DNA of 64,000 nt from a virus. Of the stretch, positions 26,930 through 37,003 are shown in pieces. Below the pieces are notes generated by a model. The model ran no database searches, was not told the DNA's origin, and worked only from the letters and a program-made list of their open reading frames with translations. Location: the IMG/VR virus record IMGVR_UViG_3300045988_180644. One strand, given 5' to 3'. The position numbers were made by a program, and so were the translations under genes. How positions within the stretch are numbered: position 1 is the first letter of the stretch; each line of letters starts with the position of its first letter.

Positions 26930-29176
26930 TTAGATATCATATTGCTCCAGCAGTTCAGTCAGCATGGTATTTCTCTTTCTTTCCTTGTTGTCCAATGCAT
27001 GTTGCATCATATTCTTTTGACCAACAATAAAAAGTTCGTTTTTGTTTCTTGTCATTCCTGTATAGACAAGACGTTTCTTTATCATGAATCGGTGTAATCC
27101 ATCCATAAGCATAATAGAGCACTTGTATTCAGACCCTTGCGTTTTATGAATGGTCATAGCATAAGCCAAGCGCAATTCATCAAACTCTTCTCTTAGGTAT
27201 GTATGTTCCATTCCATCATAATCCACAACGATTCTATCTTCATTGCTGTTCTTTGTATCTGAGTAAATACAATCAATCACATTTCCGACCATACCATTGA
27301 ACAGATTAAATTCCGGATGGTTCTTCAACTGAAGAACTCTATCCCCTACCCTAATGATTTTCTTGAATCCAACTTTCATTTCAGGCTTGTCTTCATCATA
27401 GGGATTTAATATAGCCTGTATTTCTACGTTCATGACATCACAGCCGATATCTCCCTTATTCTGTGGCTCCAACAAGCAGACATTTTCAACACCCCACTGT
27501 GTCACTTTCTTGAGATAAAGCTGTAACACTTCATCTTTAGTTGCCTGAATATCACTTTCTGGTGTTTCAATGAATGCAAAATCTTGAGCATCTGTTAAAT
27601 CTGGTACTCTTTCCTGAAAGTTGAAATCAAGAGCTCTAGGCAAAGTTGTACTACCATCAACAGCTCGATAGATTTTTTCAAGGATTGTTTTTGGAATATA
27701 ATCTACATCAATCAAATCCTCCAAGACTTGTCCTGGGTCAACAGATGGCAACTGGTCCTTATCACCTGTCAAGATGACAACAGTATCTGAAGAGATGGCT
27801 TTCATCAGTCGTTCAAACAAAACAATATCAACCATTGAAAACTCGTCGACAATCAGCAAATCAACCTGCAAAGGATTATGTTCATTATATTTCCATCCCG
27901 TTTCAGGATTATATCCAAGTAATCTATGGATTGTGCTTGCTTCCATTCCAGTGGCTTCTGACATTCTTGTAGCAGCCTTTCCTGCTAGCGCACATAACTT
28001 AATGTTGACTCGTTTCTTGCTGTTTTGGAATATATAGCAGATACAATCAATCAATGTTGTCTTTCCACTTCCTGGTGGACCAGAAATAATGGAAAACTGA
28101 TTAATAGATGAACGCTTGATTCCTTCTCTTTGCTTGTCAGCCAACTGAAAACCTTTCATTGCCTCATATTGTGCAATCATTTCATCTACTTTGCTCTCTG
28201 CAACTATTCTGTTTTTGCGTACTGCTGTAGCAACCATTTGAGCAACATTGTTTTCTGCTTTGTAGATATATGGCAGGTAAATGACAATATCTGTTTTCTT
28301 TAGTCTCTTATATATCTTTCTAGAATCCAGCATTTTAATGATTGCCTCTCTGATAAGCGATTCATCTACATTTAACCCTCTCTCTGCCTGAACTATCAAT
28401 TCTTCTAGAATCATGTAACAGTCGCCAGTATATAGTTTTGCTTTTAGCAATGATATGATATATGCCTCTATTCTTCTTAAATCCTCTTTTGAATAGTTAT
28501 AATATCTTAAACCAATCCCATCAACGGTTTCAAAAGAAAATCCATCAACATTAATTAATTGATATGGATTATCATCTATGATACTTGAGGCATTTGTTCC
28601 CCAGAGTTTTAAGAGTTTGAGTGCTGAGTTTAATGAAACACCAAAACGAACAAATTTATAATAAAGAGAATCTATCGCCTGGTATTTTTTCTGTTTTTCA
28701 AGAGCTTTGTCAATAGTTTTCTGTCCAATCCCACTTACATCCTTCATATCCACTCTAAACTCCTCAATGTTTTGTTTGAAGGTGTTGATGGCATTTAGTG
28801 GGTTGCTATCATAATACTCAATCAGTCTTTCTGCTCTTTTAGGGCCGAATAGAAATGCCAGCATTGACGTTGCTCCTACGATGTCATCATCAGCTCTGAT
28901 AGCATAAGTGAAATGAAATTCATCTTTCCCGTTCTTTCCTTTCTTCCATTCTCCAATAAATTCCAGATAATCACCTACAGAATGATGATTTGTTGTACCG
29001 ACAGCTTTGAACTTCTTGTTTGTCAATGGGTCTCTAACGTTTAAAACACACCATAATAGTTCATCTGCTTCTAGAAATCCTTTAGGTACTATCACATAAT
29101 CAATCCATCCTCTGATTCTTTCTAAATTTTCCTGACTCTCCATCTTCTTTTTTATAATTCTTTCTTTGAGTCCCAT
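26930..29176 (-). CDS. recD2: RecD2-like ATP-dependent DNA helicase
   Basis: GPPGSGKTT Walker A, LIVDEFSMVD, ILTGDKDQLPSV, TIHKTQGSEY motifs; 748 aa. Confidence 0.8.
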   Translation of the reverse strand: MGLKERIIKKKMESQENLERIRGWIDYVIVPKGFLEADELLWCVLNVRDPLTNKKFKAVGTTNHHSVGDYLEFIGEWKKGKNGKDEFHFTYAIRADDDIVGATSMLAFLFGPKRAERLIEYYDSNPLNAINTFKQNIEEFRVDMKDVSGIGQKTIDKALEKQKKYQAIDSLYYKFVRFGVSLNSALKLLKLWGTNASSIIDDNPYQLINVDGFSFETVDGIGLRYYNYSKEDLRRIEAYIISLLKAKLYTGDCYMILEELIVQAERGLNVDESLIREAIIKMLDSRKIYKRLKKTDIVIYLPYIYKAENNVAQMVATAVRKNRIVAESKVDEMIAQYEAMKGFQLADKQREGIKRSSINQFSIISGPPGSGKTTLIDCICYIFQNSKKRVNIKLCALAGKAATRMSEATGMEASTIHRLLGYNPETGWKYNEHNPLQVDLLIVDEFSMVDIVLFERLMKAISSDTVVILTGDKDQLPSVDPGQVLEDLIDVDYIPKTILEKIYRAVDGSTTLPRALDFNFQERVPDLTDAQDFAFIETPESDIQATKDEVLQLYLKKVTQWGVENVCLLEPQNKGDIGCDVMNVEIQAILNPYDEDKPEMKVGFKKIIRVGDRVLQLKNHPEFNLFNGMVGNVIDCIYSDTKNSNEDRIVVDYDGMEHTYLREEFDELRLAYAMTIHKTQGSEYKCSIMLMDGLHRFMIKKRLVYTGMTRNKNELFIVGQKNMMQHALDNKERKRNTMLTELLEQYDI

Positions 29177-29216
29177 TATAATCCTCCTTTTAAAGAAAGA
29201 GGCCTAATAGCCTCTT

Positions 29217-29849
29217 CTAATGATTCTTGATATATGCTAGGTAAATGAATTCCAACATGGCTACGAGTCTTTCTGTTCTGACAGGAACTGATACTCTAGC
29301 TGTTTTACCATCTCTTGTTTCTGAAACACCAATCATCCAGTTTCCTTCACGATTTCCTGGAGTGACTGTAAATGTTCTTTGGAATGCCTTCCCTTCAAAT
29401 TCGGGTTGTTTAAATTCACTAAAGACTGCCGAAGCAAATTTCTTCTTTCCATCTCTCATGGCTTCTCTTTCTGTTGCTTCTAAATCAAAGATATAGCCTG
29501 ACGTAAAGGCCCATCTTAAATATAGTAAATTCTTAAAGTCCAAATAGTAAGGGATGAACGCCTTTTGTTTATTGGATTCGTCCAATTCGACGAAGTTCAT
29601 ATGAACCTTACAGTCCATACCAGCATCATCATCAATCAAATTAAATCCATCCTGTAAAACTTCTAAGAATACATCTCCGCCTGTTTTTCTTTGAGCATAT
29701 ACTTTATCAATTTTCTTAGCATATTCTTTCTTCACTTCTTTTTCTTTGACTTCAGTTTTAACTTCTGAATTCATAGTTTTAGGAGTATATGTTTTCATTT
29801 CTACTCCCTTGTTTTCTTTATTTGCTTTTGCTTTGTCTTTTAATCCCAT
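29217..29849 (-). CDS. hypothetical protein
   Basis: 210 aa ORF, AAAGGAGG RBS after leader cassette j. Confidence 0.6.
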   Translation of the reverse strand: MGLKDKAKANKENKGVEMKTYTPKTMNSEVKTEVKEKEVKKEYAKKIDKVYAQRKTGGDVFLEVLQDGFNLIDDDAGMDCKVHMNFVELDESNKQKAFIPYYLDFKNLLYLRWAFTSGYIFDLEATEREAMRDGKKKFASAVFSEFKQPEFEGKAFQRTFTVTPGNREGNWMIGVSETRDGKTARVSVPVRTERLVAMLEFIYLAYIKNH

Positions 29850-29865
29850 AGTTTTCCTCCTTTAA

Positions 29866-29934
29866 ACAAAAAAGACACACCTTATGTGCGTCTTTTCTTT
29901 CGTATATGATTTACATATATATTTTATCATATAT
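29866..29934 (-). promoter_or_regulatory. leader cassette j (before 29217..29849)
   Basis: TATATGATAAAATATATATGTAAATCATATACGAAAGAAAAG + ACGCAC/GTGTGTCT + T6. Confidence 0.6.
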
Positions 29935-29959
29935 TTCAGTTATGTGTTTATGTTTTATA

Positions 29960-29981
29960 AAAAAGAACTCAGGTTCATATG
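29960..29981. repeat. perfect 22-bp palindrome CTCAGGTTCATATGAACCTGAG (parS-like) just downstream of parB
   Basis: exact inverted repeat; 6 further copies of core GGTTCATATGAAC in 32.3-34.5 kb. Confidence 0.7.
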
Positions 29982-29991
29982 AACCTGAGAA

Positions 29992-31014
29992 TTATTTTAA
30001 ACTTTGTCTTAGTTTTTTTATATCAGCCTCTAAGGATAGTAAATAATTTTTAAATTCCTTTTTTTCATCATTATCAGCAAAGATGATTTTATCAGGTGTT
30101 AAATTTGTAGTTATTGTCTTAAATGTTCTCACTTTTTTTATGATTTCATTGCCAGTGTAATTTTTATCCTTATTCCCTTCAATTTCCATTTGTAAATCAA
30201 AAAGATATTTTGAGAATCCTTTTCTATCCATTTTGCTAAGAGCCTTCATGACTCTATCTTGTTCTGCATCAGTTAGCGAAGATATTAAATAAGCTTGATT
30301 AAAATTAATGAGTTCTTTTCTGAAGTATTCCTTAATGAGAGTATTATGTGCAAAGTATATTGCGTTAACTTTTTTGGCTTTTGCTAGTGAATATGAAAAA
30401 CCAAATCTTTTCATTTTATTAACAACATATTCAGCTTTATTAACTACACCTTCAAGTTTTGTGTAAACTCCATTTTCATATCCAAAAATATAGTCGTAAT
30501 GTATCATGAGCTTTTCAGCACTTAAGTTTCTAGACAGAAGGTTTGTATCATGATATACCTTTTCTATTTCCTTTTGTGTTGCCCCGCGTGGTACTACAAT
30601 GGCTGGTATCTTCGAAAACTTTCTTCTCTTGGCTTCATTTCTTTCTTCAATAGCTCTTTTATATAGATTATGAACAGCTCTAAATCTCTGAGACCCAGCT
30701 CTTATCTCGTATTTTCCCGTTTCATTTCCTTCTTCATCTACTTCTCTTATGACATTGATTGGCTGTAACACCCCTACTAACCAAATAGATTCCTGAAACT
30801 CCTCCATTTCTTCTGGGGTCTTATTTGGATATTCATTCTTTTTATTATCAACAATTTTATCTAAGGGGATGTATTGCATCTCATATTCTTCAAGTTCATC
30901 TAAAGTTTTTTTATCATTAGCTTCAAATGGTGTTTCAAATGAGTTCCCAAAAAAATCAATTGATTCAACTGGCTCCATGTCACCAACACTTAAACTTCTT
31001 TTATTCCTTGCCAT
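29992..31014 (-). CDS. parB: ParB/Spo0J-like partition protein
   Basis: LQPINVIRE...YEIRAGSQRFRAV resembles ParB N-terminal box; downstream of parA; perfect palindrome parS-like site just 3' of it. Confidence 0.65.
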   Translation of the reverse strand: MARNKRSLSVGDMEPVESIDFFGNSFETPFEANDKKTLDELEEYEMQYIPLDKIVDNKKNEYPNKTPEEMEEFQESIWLVGVLQPINVIREVDEEGNETGKYEIRAGSQRFRAVHNLYKRAIEERNEAKRRKFSKIPAIVVPRGATQKEIEKVYHDTNLLSRNLSAEKLMIHYDYIFGYENGVYTKLEGVVNKAEYVVNKMKRFGFSYSLAKAKKVNAIYFAHNTLIKEYFRKELINFNQAYLISSLTDAEQDRVMKALSKMDRKGFSKYLFDLQMEIEGNKDKNYTGNEIIKKVRTFKTITTNLTPDKIIFADNDEKKEFKNYLLSLEADIKKLRQSLK

Positions 31015-31017
31015 TTT

Positions 31018-32160
31018 CTATGCCTCCTTTTTCCCTTGCAAGAGCTTTGACACATATTCATCAACCATTAATAATTCTTCGGTAGATAAACCATCCATTT
31101 TATCTTCTACATGTCTCTGAGCTCTAATTCTTTCAGCCGCTTTTTGATTTTCCTCTGTTCTCTTATTAGCACTTACTATTCCTGCTAATAAATCCATTTC
31201 ATACTCAATTTTTTCTGCATCAAAATATTCTTTAACAAAATTTATGATACTTGTTCTATAATCATCTTTAACTTGTGAAGCTAAATAATCCCAAGTATTT
31301 GAATCAACAACTAATTGTTTATCTACAATTTTAGTATCAAAAACTTTAATACCTGCTACATCAGAAATACTATTATTAATTTCTTCAAGGACTATTCTAT
31401 CGTTACTTCTTACTCTTTTATATTTATTACATAAAATACCTTTAATCTCAAAATCTGGTATATACTTCTTTACACTTTCTACATTTCTTAAAACGGTATT
31501 TATTCCTTCAGCTGAATTCATATCCATAAAGGTAGGAATAATTAATTCTCTAGACGCAGCAATTCCATTAAGCGATAATACTCCTAAAGATGGAGGGCAG
31601 TCTATAAAGATAAAGTCATAATCGAAATACTCTTCAATTTGTTTTACAACTAATTGCAACATGATACGATTGTACTTTTTCCCTTCATCTGTTAGTATAT
31701 AATGTCTTTCTACATGATTGTCAGGAGTTTGACTCATAAAGGCTAGTTCAATAAAAGATGTATCTTGTCCGACTCCAGGAATGATATCACATCCAAAAGG
31801 AATATCATTATATATCCACTTCATTCCATTTCTTTCAGCTTTTGTATATGTTGGAGTTCTTTTTGAATTGCTTATATATTGTATAGGAGGTAACTTTCCC
31901 CATCTTTCGAAATAAGACACAAGATATGCCATCGTTGGAATTCCATGTTCTTTCCCAAATTCCAATGCACCCATTCGATTCGTGTTAATATTAAACATAC
32001 TCGTTAAAGAGTTCTGAGGGTCCCAATCTATCAGGAGAACCTTCTTATGAAAAACTGTCCCCATAATATTAGCAATATTTGCTGTCAATGTCGTTTTACC
32101 TATTCCACCTTTATTATTATAAATGAGTATGACATGTGTTTTATTTTTATTTGTTGACAT
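31018..32160 (-). CDS. parA: ParA/Soj-family partition ATPase (long C-terminal extension)
   Basis: deviant Walker A NNKGGIGKTT; start set to ATG (MSTNKNKTHVIL) with AAAGGAG RBS rather than tracker start 32292. Confidence 0.8.
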   Translation of the reverse strand: MSTNKNKTHVILIYNNKGGIGKTTLTANIANIMGTVFHKKVLLIDWDPQNSLTSMFNINTNRMGALEFGKEHGIPTMAYLVSYFERWGKLPPIQYISNSKRTPTYTKAERNGMKWIYNDIPFGCDIIPGVGQDTSFIELAFMSQTPDNHVERHYILTDEGKKYNRIMLQLVVKQIEEYFDYDFIFIDCPPSLGVLSLNGIAASRELIIPTFMDMNSAEGINTVLRNVESVKKYIPDFEIKGILCNKYKRVRSNDRIVLEEINNSISDVAGIKVFDTKIVDKQLVVDSNTWDYLASQVKDDYRTSIINFVKEYFDAEKIEYEMDLLAGIVSANKRTEENQKAAERIRAQRHVEDKMDGLSTEELLMVDEYVSKLLQGKKEA

Positions 32161-32308
32161 CCTGATTCTCCTTTCATATTCACACTTTATTATATTAAAA
32201 TTATATATTTTTTTCAACTTGTATTTACATTCCCTTGAATTTGTGCGTATCGTTTTCGCGGCCCCAAAATCTTTTGATTTTGCCAGGTTCACTTTTCATT
32301 TTAGATAA

Positions 32309-32326
32309 AGTTCATATGAACCTGGT
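32309..32326. repeat. parS-like palindrome copy
   Basis: AAGTTCATATGAACCTGG. Confidence 0.6.
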
Positions 32327-32540
32327 CATCATGTCATGTATCTTAAAAATATGACTTTTAGATTTCTTTAATAAATTTAAGATATTTTTTAAAAACATAG
32401 CAATTTCTTAAATACGACTGACTTATGACAATTGTTTCTAACAAATTTATAAAAGACCTTATTGTTGGTATATAAAACTCTTAACCTTCTTCTCAATACT
32501 TTGTTTTCTATATAAACTCTATCATTAAACTTAATATCTT

Positions 32541-32558
32541 TTGAGTTCATATGAACCT
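32541..32558. repeat. parS-like palindrome copy
   Basis: TGAGTTCATATGAACCTC. Confidence 0.6.
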
Positions 32559-33218
32559 CTATACAAACTCATCATATTCTTTTATCTAATGATATGAATT
32601 GTGATTGACTTTTAAAGGACTTCTTCCTTATGTCATATAAATTATAACTTTATATTCTAAGATAATTTTTTCTTGTTTTATAAGGTTTTTTGATAGGTTT
32701 TTTATAGTATTTTGAGTCCATCATGTTTTTATTGTTTTTTAATAGAATTTTTCTCATTTCTATTTAGTTTTCTATAATTATCTATCAGAGTCCCACTCCT
32801 ACAATCCCCACCAAACTCTCTCCATCATCCTACAACCACCTCATGTATTTGGATAGGTTATTAATAGGATTTTTATAATTTATCAGACATATCAAGTCCC
32901 CTATTCAAAATCTATCCTCTTCCTTACACTCTCGCTTTCATTTCATATACTCATACCTTACTTTCCACCCACCTCCCTCAAATTAATCCATTATCAGAGC
33001 ATAACAAAAATTAGTGGTTTATAGATAGATTGTTAATAGGATTGTAAATAGAATCGAGTCATATGTTGTTCATGAGTAAGACAGGATTCAATTCTATCCA
33101 TCCCCTATTCACTTCCATTAAAACTCAAGCATAACTTTAGTTAATAGGACAGTATTACTTTAAGTTCTTAATAGATAATTGATAGAATCAATATTACACT
33201 TCTATAAAAGTTATGACT

Positions 33219-33236
33219 GAGGTTCATATGAACTTC
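33219..33236. repeat. parS-like palindrome copy
   Basis: GAGGTTCATATGAACTTC. Confidence 0.6.
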
Positions 33237-33525
33237 AAGCTTATATATTAAAAAAAGTATAGACGTACTATTAACAATCTATCCACAATCATAAACTAAA
33301 GCTATACTTGAGAATAGAAGCAAGATAGAATATTAATAGAATTGTATAAAACGAATCATAGATAAGTTTCCTGATGTCTTTTGTGAATATAACAATCCTA
33401 TTCAAAATCTATCATAACTCAAACTTATTTCATAATACTGAAATTAGATTTGTGAGAGGATTTACAATAGAAATGTGTATCCTTTCAAACTCTTCCAACA
33501 TCTAAATAAACACTTTTATATATTC

Positions 33526-33542
33526 GGGTTCATATGAACTTC
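33526..33542. repeat. parS-like palindrome copy
   Basis: GGGTTCATATGAACTTC. Confidence 0.6.
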
Positions 33543-33760
33543 TATATAGATTTGCAAGAGCTATGTCTATATTTTGATTTTAGAAAGATATATTTAGATT
33601 CCTATGATGAATAGATGCTCGATAGAAGCTAAAGTATAACTTGAGTCGTTGTAAAATTCTATCAACAACCTTTCATAAATCAATTCATGTAAACGAAGAA
33701 AAAATTTGAAGAGTTAATAATGGGGTTTTGATAGAGGGTTAATAGGATTTATTTATATAT

Positions 33761-33777
33761 AGGTTCATATGAACTTC
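33761..33777. repeat. parS-like palindrome copy
   Basis: AGGTTCATATGAACTTC. Confidence 0.6.
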
Positions 33778-34456
33778 ATGAATTAAAAAGCACAGAATAC
33801 TAATTTATATCTAATCACTCTATCAATAACCTATCAAAGCTCCATTCATAAGAGTAAAAATACTTTCTACTTAAATAAAGTATAACTTAAGTTATAAAAA
33901 AAATCTATCAATAATCTTTCAATCAACCTTCATATTATTTTTGTGTAAGATGAGCTTAGAACAGGTGGAGGATTTAGATAGATGATGGATAATGTTAGTG
34001 ACATAAATAAATCATTTCTATTTCAATAAAGAAAATCCTATCAACTCTCTATCAAAATTCCTTCAATCTCAATTCATATAAACTATAGCTTGAGTTATAA
34101 AAAGAACAACTCCTCATAAATTCCATTCATCTCCATTCTGAATATAAAAATCTTATTGCATAGAAATAGTTTCAATAGAAGATAAAAAGAATATGAGAAG
34201 ATTATATGTAATAGGTACAATATTATCAAATACCAATGTGACACAATCCAAACTCTTATCAAAACAAAAAAAGGATAACGATATTATATGAATGAGATTA
34301 TGATAGGAGTAGGAAGGTGATAAAACGAATCATAATACATCATCAAAACTCTATCAAAAAGCCTAATGATATTGAGTTGTAAAAGTTTGGATGATGATAG
34401 ACTTTAGATGGGATTGAATGGGTTAAATAAATGGGAGGGTTTGGAAAGAATGTGGG

Positions 34457-34476
34457 GAGGTTCATATGAACCTGAG
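34457..34476. repeat. parS-like palindrome copy
   Basis: GAGGTTCATATGAACCTGAG. Confidence 0.6.
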
Positions 34477-34798
34477 AATAGGATAATAAGGGATATAGAT
34501 AGACTTGTATTGGAAAAACATTAAAAAAATACGATAAATCGCATATTTATCAAGAAAATAGTATTTTTAAGGAAAAAGAGGGAAAACCAATTAAAAACTA
34601 TCAAAAACCCAATAAGAAATAGGATAAAACTTAAAGTTATTATTCTTATTGTCTAAGGAAGAAGTCCTCTTAAAGTCAGCCCAATCATTTTATTTCACTC
34701 ATCCCATAATATGATACAATAGTAATGTAAATTAATACGAATAGAGACATGTAGCACTATACATGTCTCTTTTTTTATGAACTAAAAGGAGGATTAAA

Positions 34799-35455
34799 AT
34801 GAAGAAAAAGAAATGTCCTATATGTGGTTCATTTTTAGATGAAGAAAATGAATTGCGTTGCAGTAAGTTTCCAATATGTACGTATCAGGAGACAACTGAC
34901 AAGGAGCTGAATAGATTTGTTATGTATGACTTAGAAACATCAGGATTTAAGGATAGCGACCATATCATAGAGATAGGAGCAATTTATGTGGAAGATGGAA
35001 AGATTATGGATAGGTTCGACAAACTATGCAATCCAGGAATTTTCATCAACCAGAGAATCACACAAGTTACAAATATTACTAATGATATGTTGAAGGACAA
35101 AGAATCTGAAGAGAATATTTTGAAGGAATTTATAGAATGGGTCAATACGAAAGGTATAGATGTCTGTGTCGGTCATAATATCGATGCATTCGATAACAGA
35201 ATGTTAAACGCAGCGTGTAAGAAATACAAACAGCAGATGCCATTCCATAGAACACTAGATACCCTCAAAATGGCAAGAAATCTAAAATTAAAGGAAAGGG
35301 GGTTAGTCCTAGATTATAAACAGGAAACATTAGCAAGTGAATATTGTCATTTCACATATACAGCCCATAGAGCAATCCAAGACGTAGAAGCATTATTTAG
35401 AATTTTTGAAGTATTAAGAAAGGAATATAAACAACTTCCAATTATCAATATCTGA
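34799..35455 (+). CDS. DEDDh 3'-5' exonuclease (DnaQ/Pol III epsilon-like) with N-terminal zinc finger
   Basis: MYDLETSGF...HIIEIGAIYV exo I motif, GHNIDAFD exo II; N-terminal CPICG...CTY. Confidence 0.75.
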   Translation: MKKKKCPICGSFLDEENELRCSKFPICTYQETTDKELNRFVMYDLETSGFKDSDHIIEIGAIYVEDGKIMDRFDKLCNPGIFINQRITQVTNITNDMLKDKESEENILKEFIEWVNTKGIDVCVGHNIDAFDNRMLNAACKKYKQQMPFHRTLDTLKMARNLKLKERGLVLDYKQETLASEYCHFTYTAHRAIQDVEALFRIFEVLRKEYKQLPIINI

Positions 35456-35458
35456 TAA

Positions 35459-36169
35459 ATGGGATTAAAACAGAAGTGTCTAAATAATGCAAAGAAATCT
35501 AACTATCTTGGAGATAAATGTTTTGAAGAAACGTCTATGCACTACCTTGAAAATACTCAGATATTCAAAGATATGAATATTAGAGAAGTCGTTCATGATA
35601 GAGCGAGACAGTTAAAAGGTATTGATGCTATAGGAAGCATAGGTAATGTTAGTATCAATGTCGATGTCAAGGCTATCGCATCTCAATTAAATACATTCTG
35701 CTTTGAAATAAGTGGTAATGTATCAACAAATCAGGTGGGATGGCTGATTAATCCAAAACTAGAAACAACACATTATCTGATTGTCTATCACACAGTGAAA
35801 GGAGCTGAAAGAAATTACAGATTAGGAAAAAGAATTATGACAGTCAATAACGTGATAGAAACAGAAGCGTTGTTAATAGAAAAAGAAAAACTGAAGTCAT
35901 TCATTCAAAAAGAGTTAGGACAGAATCTTGATAGTGTTGTCAAGGAAATAAGAAAACAGGATTTAGAGGGTAGGGGAGTTGTAAGATTCAATAAAGAAAT
36001 GAACGCAGTCAAAGGTACAGTGAATCAGAAAGCCTATCCTACAATTTCTCTAGGTTTAAAAGAACAGCCTATCAATGTGGTTGTCAGAAAAGAAAGCTTA
36101 AAAGAATTAGCTGACAAGCATTGGATTATAGAAGATGAAAAGAATTTGGTCACTAGTGACCAAATCTAA
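35459..36169 (+). CDS. hypothetical protein
   Basis: 236 aa ORF directly after exonuclease. Confidence 0.6.
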   Translation: MGLKQKCLNNAKKSNYLGDKCFEETSMHYLENTQIFKDMNIREVVHDRARQLKGIDAIGSIGNVSINVDVKAIASQLNTFCFEISGNVSTNQVGWLINPKLETTHYLIVYHTVKGAERNYRLGKRIMTVNNVIETEALLIEKEKLKSFIQKELGQNLDSVVKEIRKQDLEGRGVVRFNKEMNAVKGTVNQKAYPTISLGLKEQPINVVVRKESLKELADKHWIIEDEKNLVTSDQI

Positions 36170-36312
36170 AATTTACCTATTATCTTGCTAAATAAACATG
36201 ATTAACTTTCACACATCAAAGAAAATATATGATATACTTTATGTGTAAATATTATACGAGAAGAGATTCATGTAGCTATGAATCTCTTTTTTATTTGAAG
36301 GAGGAAAATTTA

Positions 36313-36939
36313 ATGCCAAGTTTAAAAGGTAGAGCAAAAGCTAAAACAGAATCACAAGAAACAAAAGGAACTAAAACAGTAGAAGTAAGAATGAGAAAAG
36401 TAGAATTTGAAAAGAATCCATCACTTAAAGCATTCTTTAATGCAACAGTAACGGGTTATCCTGTATCTACAAAAGTAACATTTACTGAAAAAGAAGATGG
36501 TGACGATTCTATTTATGGAATTCTATTCCAATCTCAAAAAGGTAAAGATGGTAAATATTATGACCATATTCATCCTATTGACAAAGAAACAAGAACAGTC
36601 ATTGTCAATAACTTGTTATCAGCTTTTACAAAGTTTTTTGAAGGAGACGAAGATGTCACTATTGATGAAAATGATGTAAAGGTATCACAAGTTGTAGAAA
36701 AAGGCAACTTTAAAGGTCAGCTTGGAGACGCTATTATTGAAACATCAAGACCTATGGCTCTTCAAAATTTAGAATTACATCAAAGTAAAGATGGTAATTA
36801 CTATTTAGCATATCCAGGTCGTAATTATAAAAATTCTAATGGTGAGTGGCAAAAAATGCCATATTACTGGCCACAAAAAGACAGTGATACAACACAAGCT
36901 ATCTTAGAGGCTGCCATCAAAGAATATGAAAAGGCTTAA
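36313..36939 (+). CDS. hypothetical protein (possible DNA-binding/recombination accessory)
   Basis: start at ATG (MPSLKGRAK) after GAAGGAGG RBS; K-rich N-terminus. Confidence 0.55.
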   Translation: MPSLKGRAKAKTESQETKGTKTVEVRMRKVEFEKNPSLKAFFNATVTGYPVSTKVTFTEKEDGDDSIYGILFQSQKGKDGKYYDHIHPIDKETRTVIVNNLLSAFTKFFEGDEDVTIDENDVKVSQVVEKGNFKGQLGDAIIETSRPMALQNLELHQSKDGNYYLAYPGRNYKNSNGEWQKMPYYWPQKDSDTTQAILEAAIKEYEKA

Positions 36940-37003
36940 AGTTTAGAGCTAAATAAACGATAGAAAAGGGATGCTCTAGCATCTCTTTTTTCTTCAATCG
37001 GAG

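Larger units (their letters stand above)
32560..34440. repeat. iteron-rich non-coding region (CTATCAA, TTAATAGGA and AGTATAACTTGAGT repeat families)
   Basis: >15 copies of (A/C)TCTATCAA(T/A)A, ~6 of TTAATAGGA(T), 4 of AAGTATAACTT(G/A)AGT; no ORF >60 aa. Confidence 0.6.

Noticed and set aside
2133-29934. Interpreting the recurrent hairpin/U-tracts simply as terminators of the upstream genes
   Set aside because: The conserved promoter-like block lies between the upstream stop codon and the hairpin in every copy, and cassette g has no upstream co-directional gene. A promoter-proximal leader element fits better, although some copies (9108..9143, 13384..13428) do look like conventional terminators.
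32300-34500. Repeat-dense region considered as a CRISPR array
   Set aside because: Repeats are palindromic 14–22 bp sites with irregular spacing (230–700 bp) plus short iterons; no regular repeat-spacer periodicity and no cas genes.
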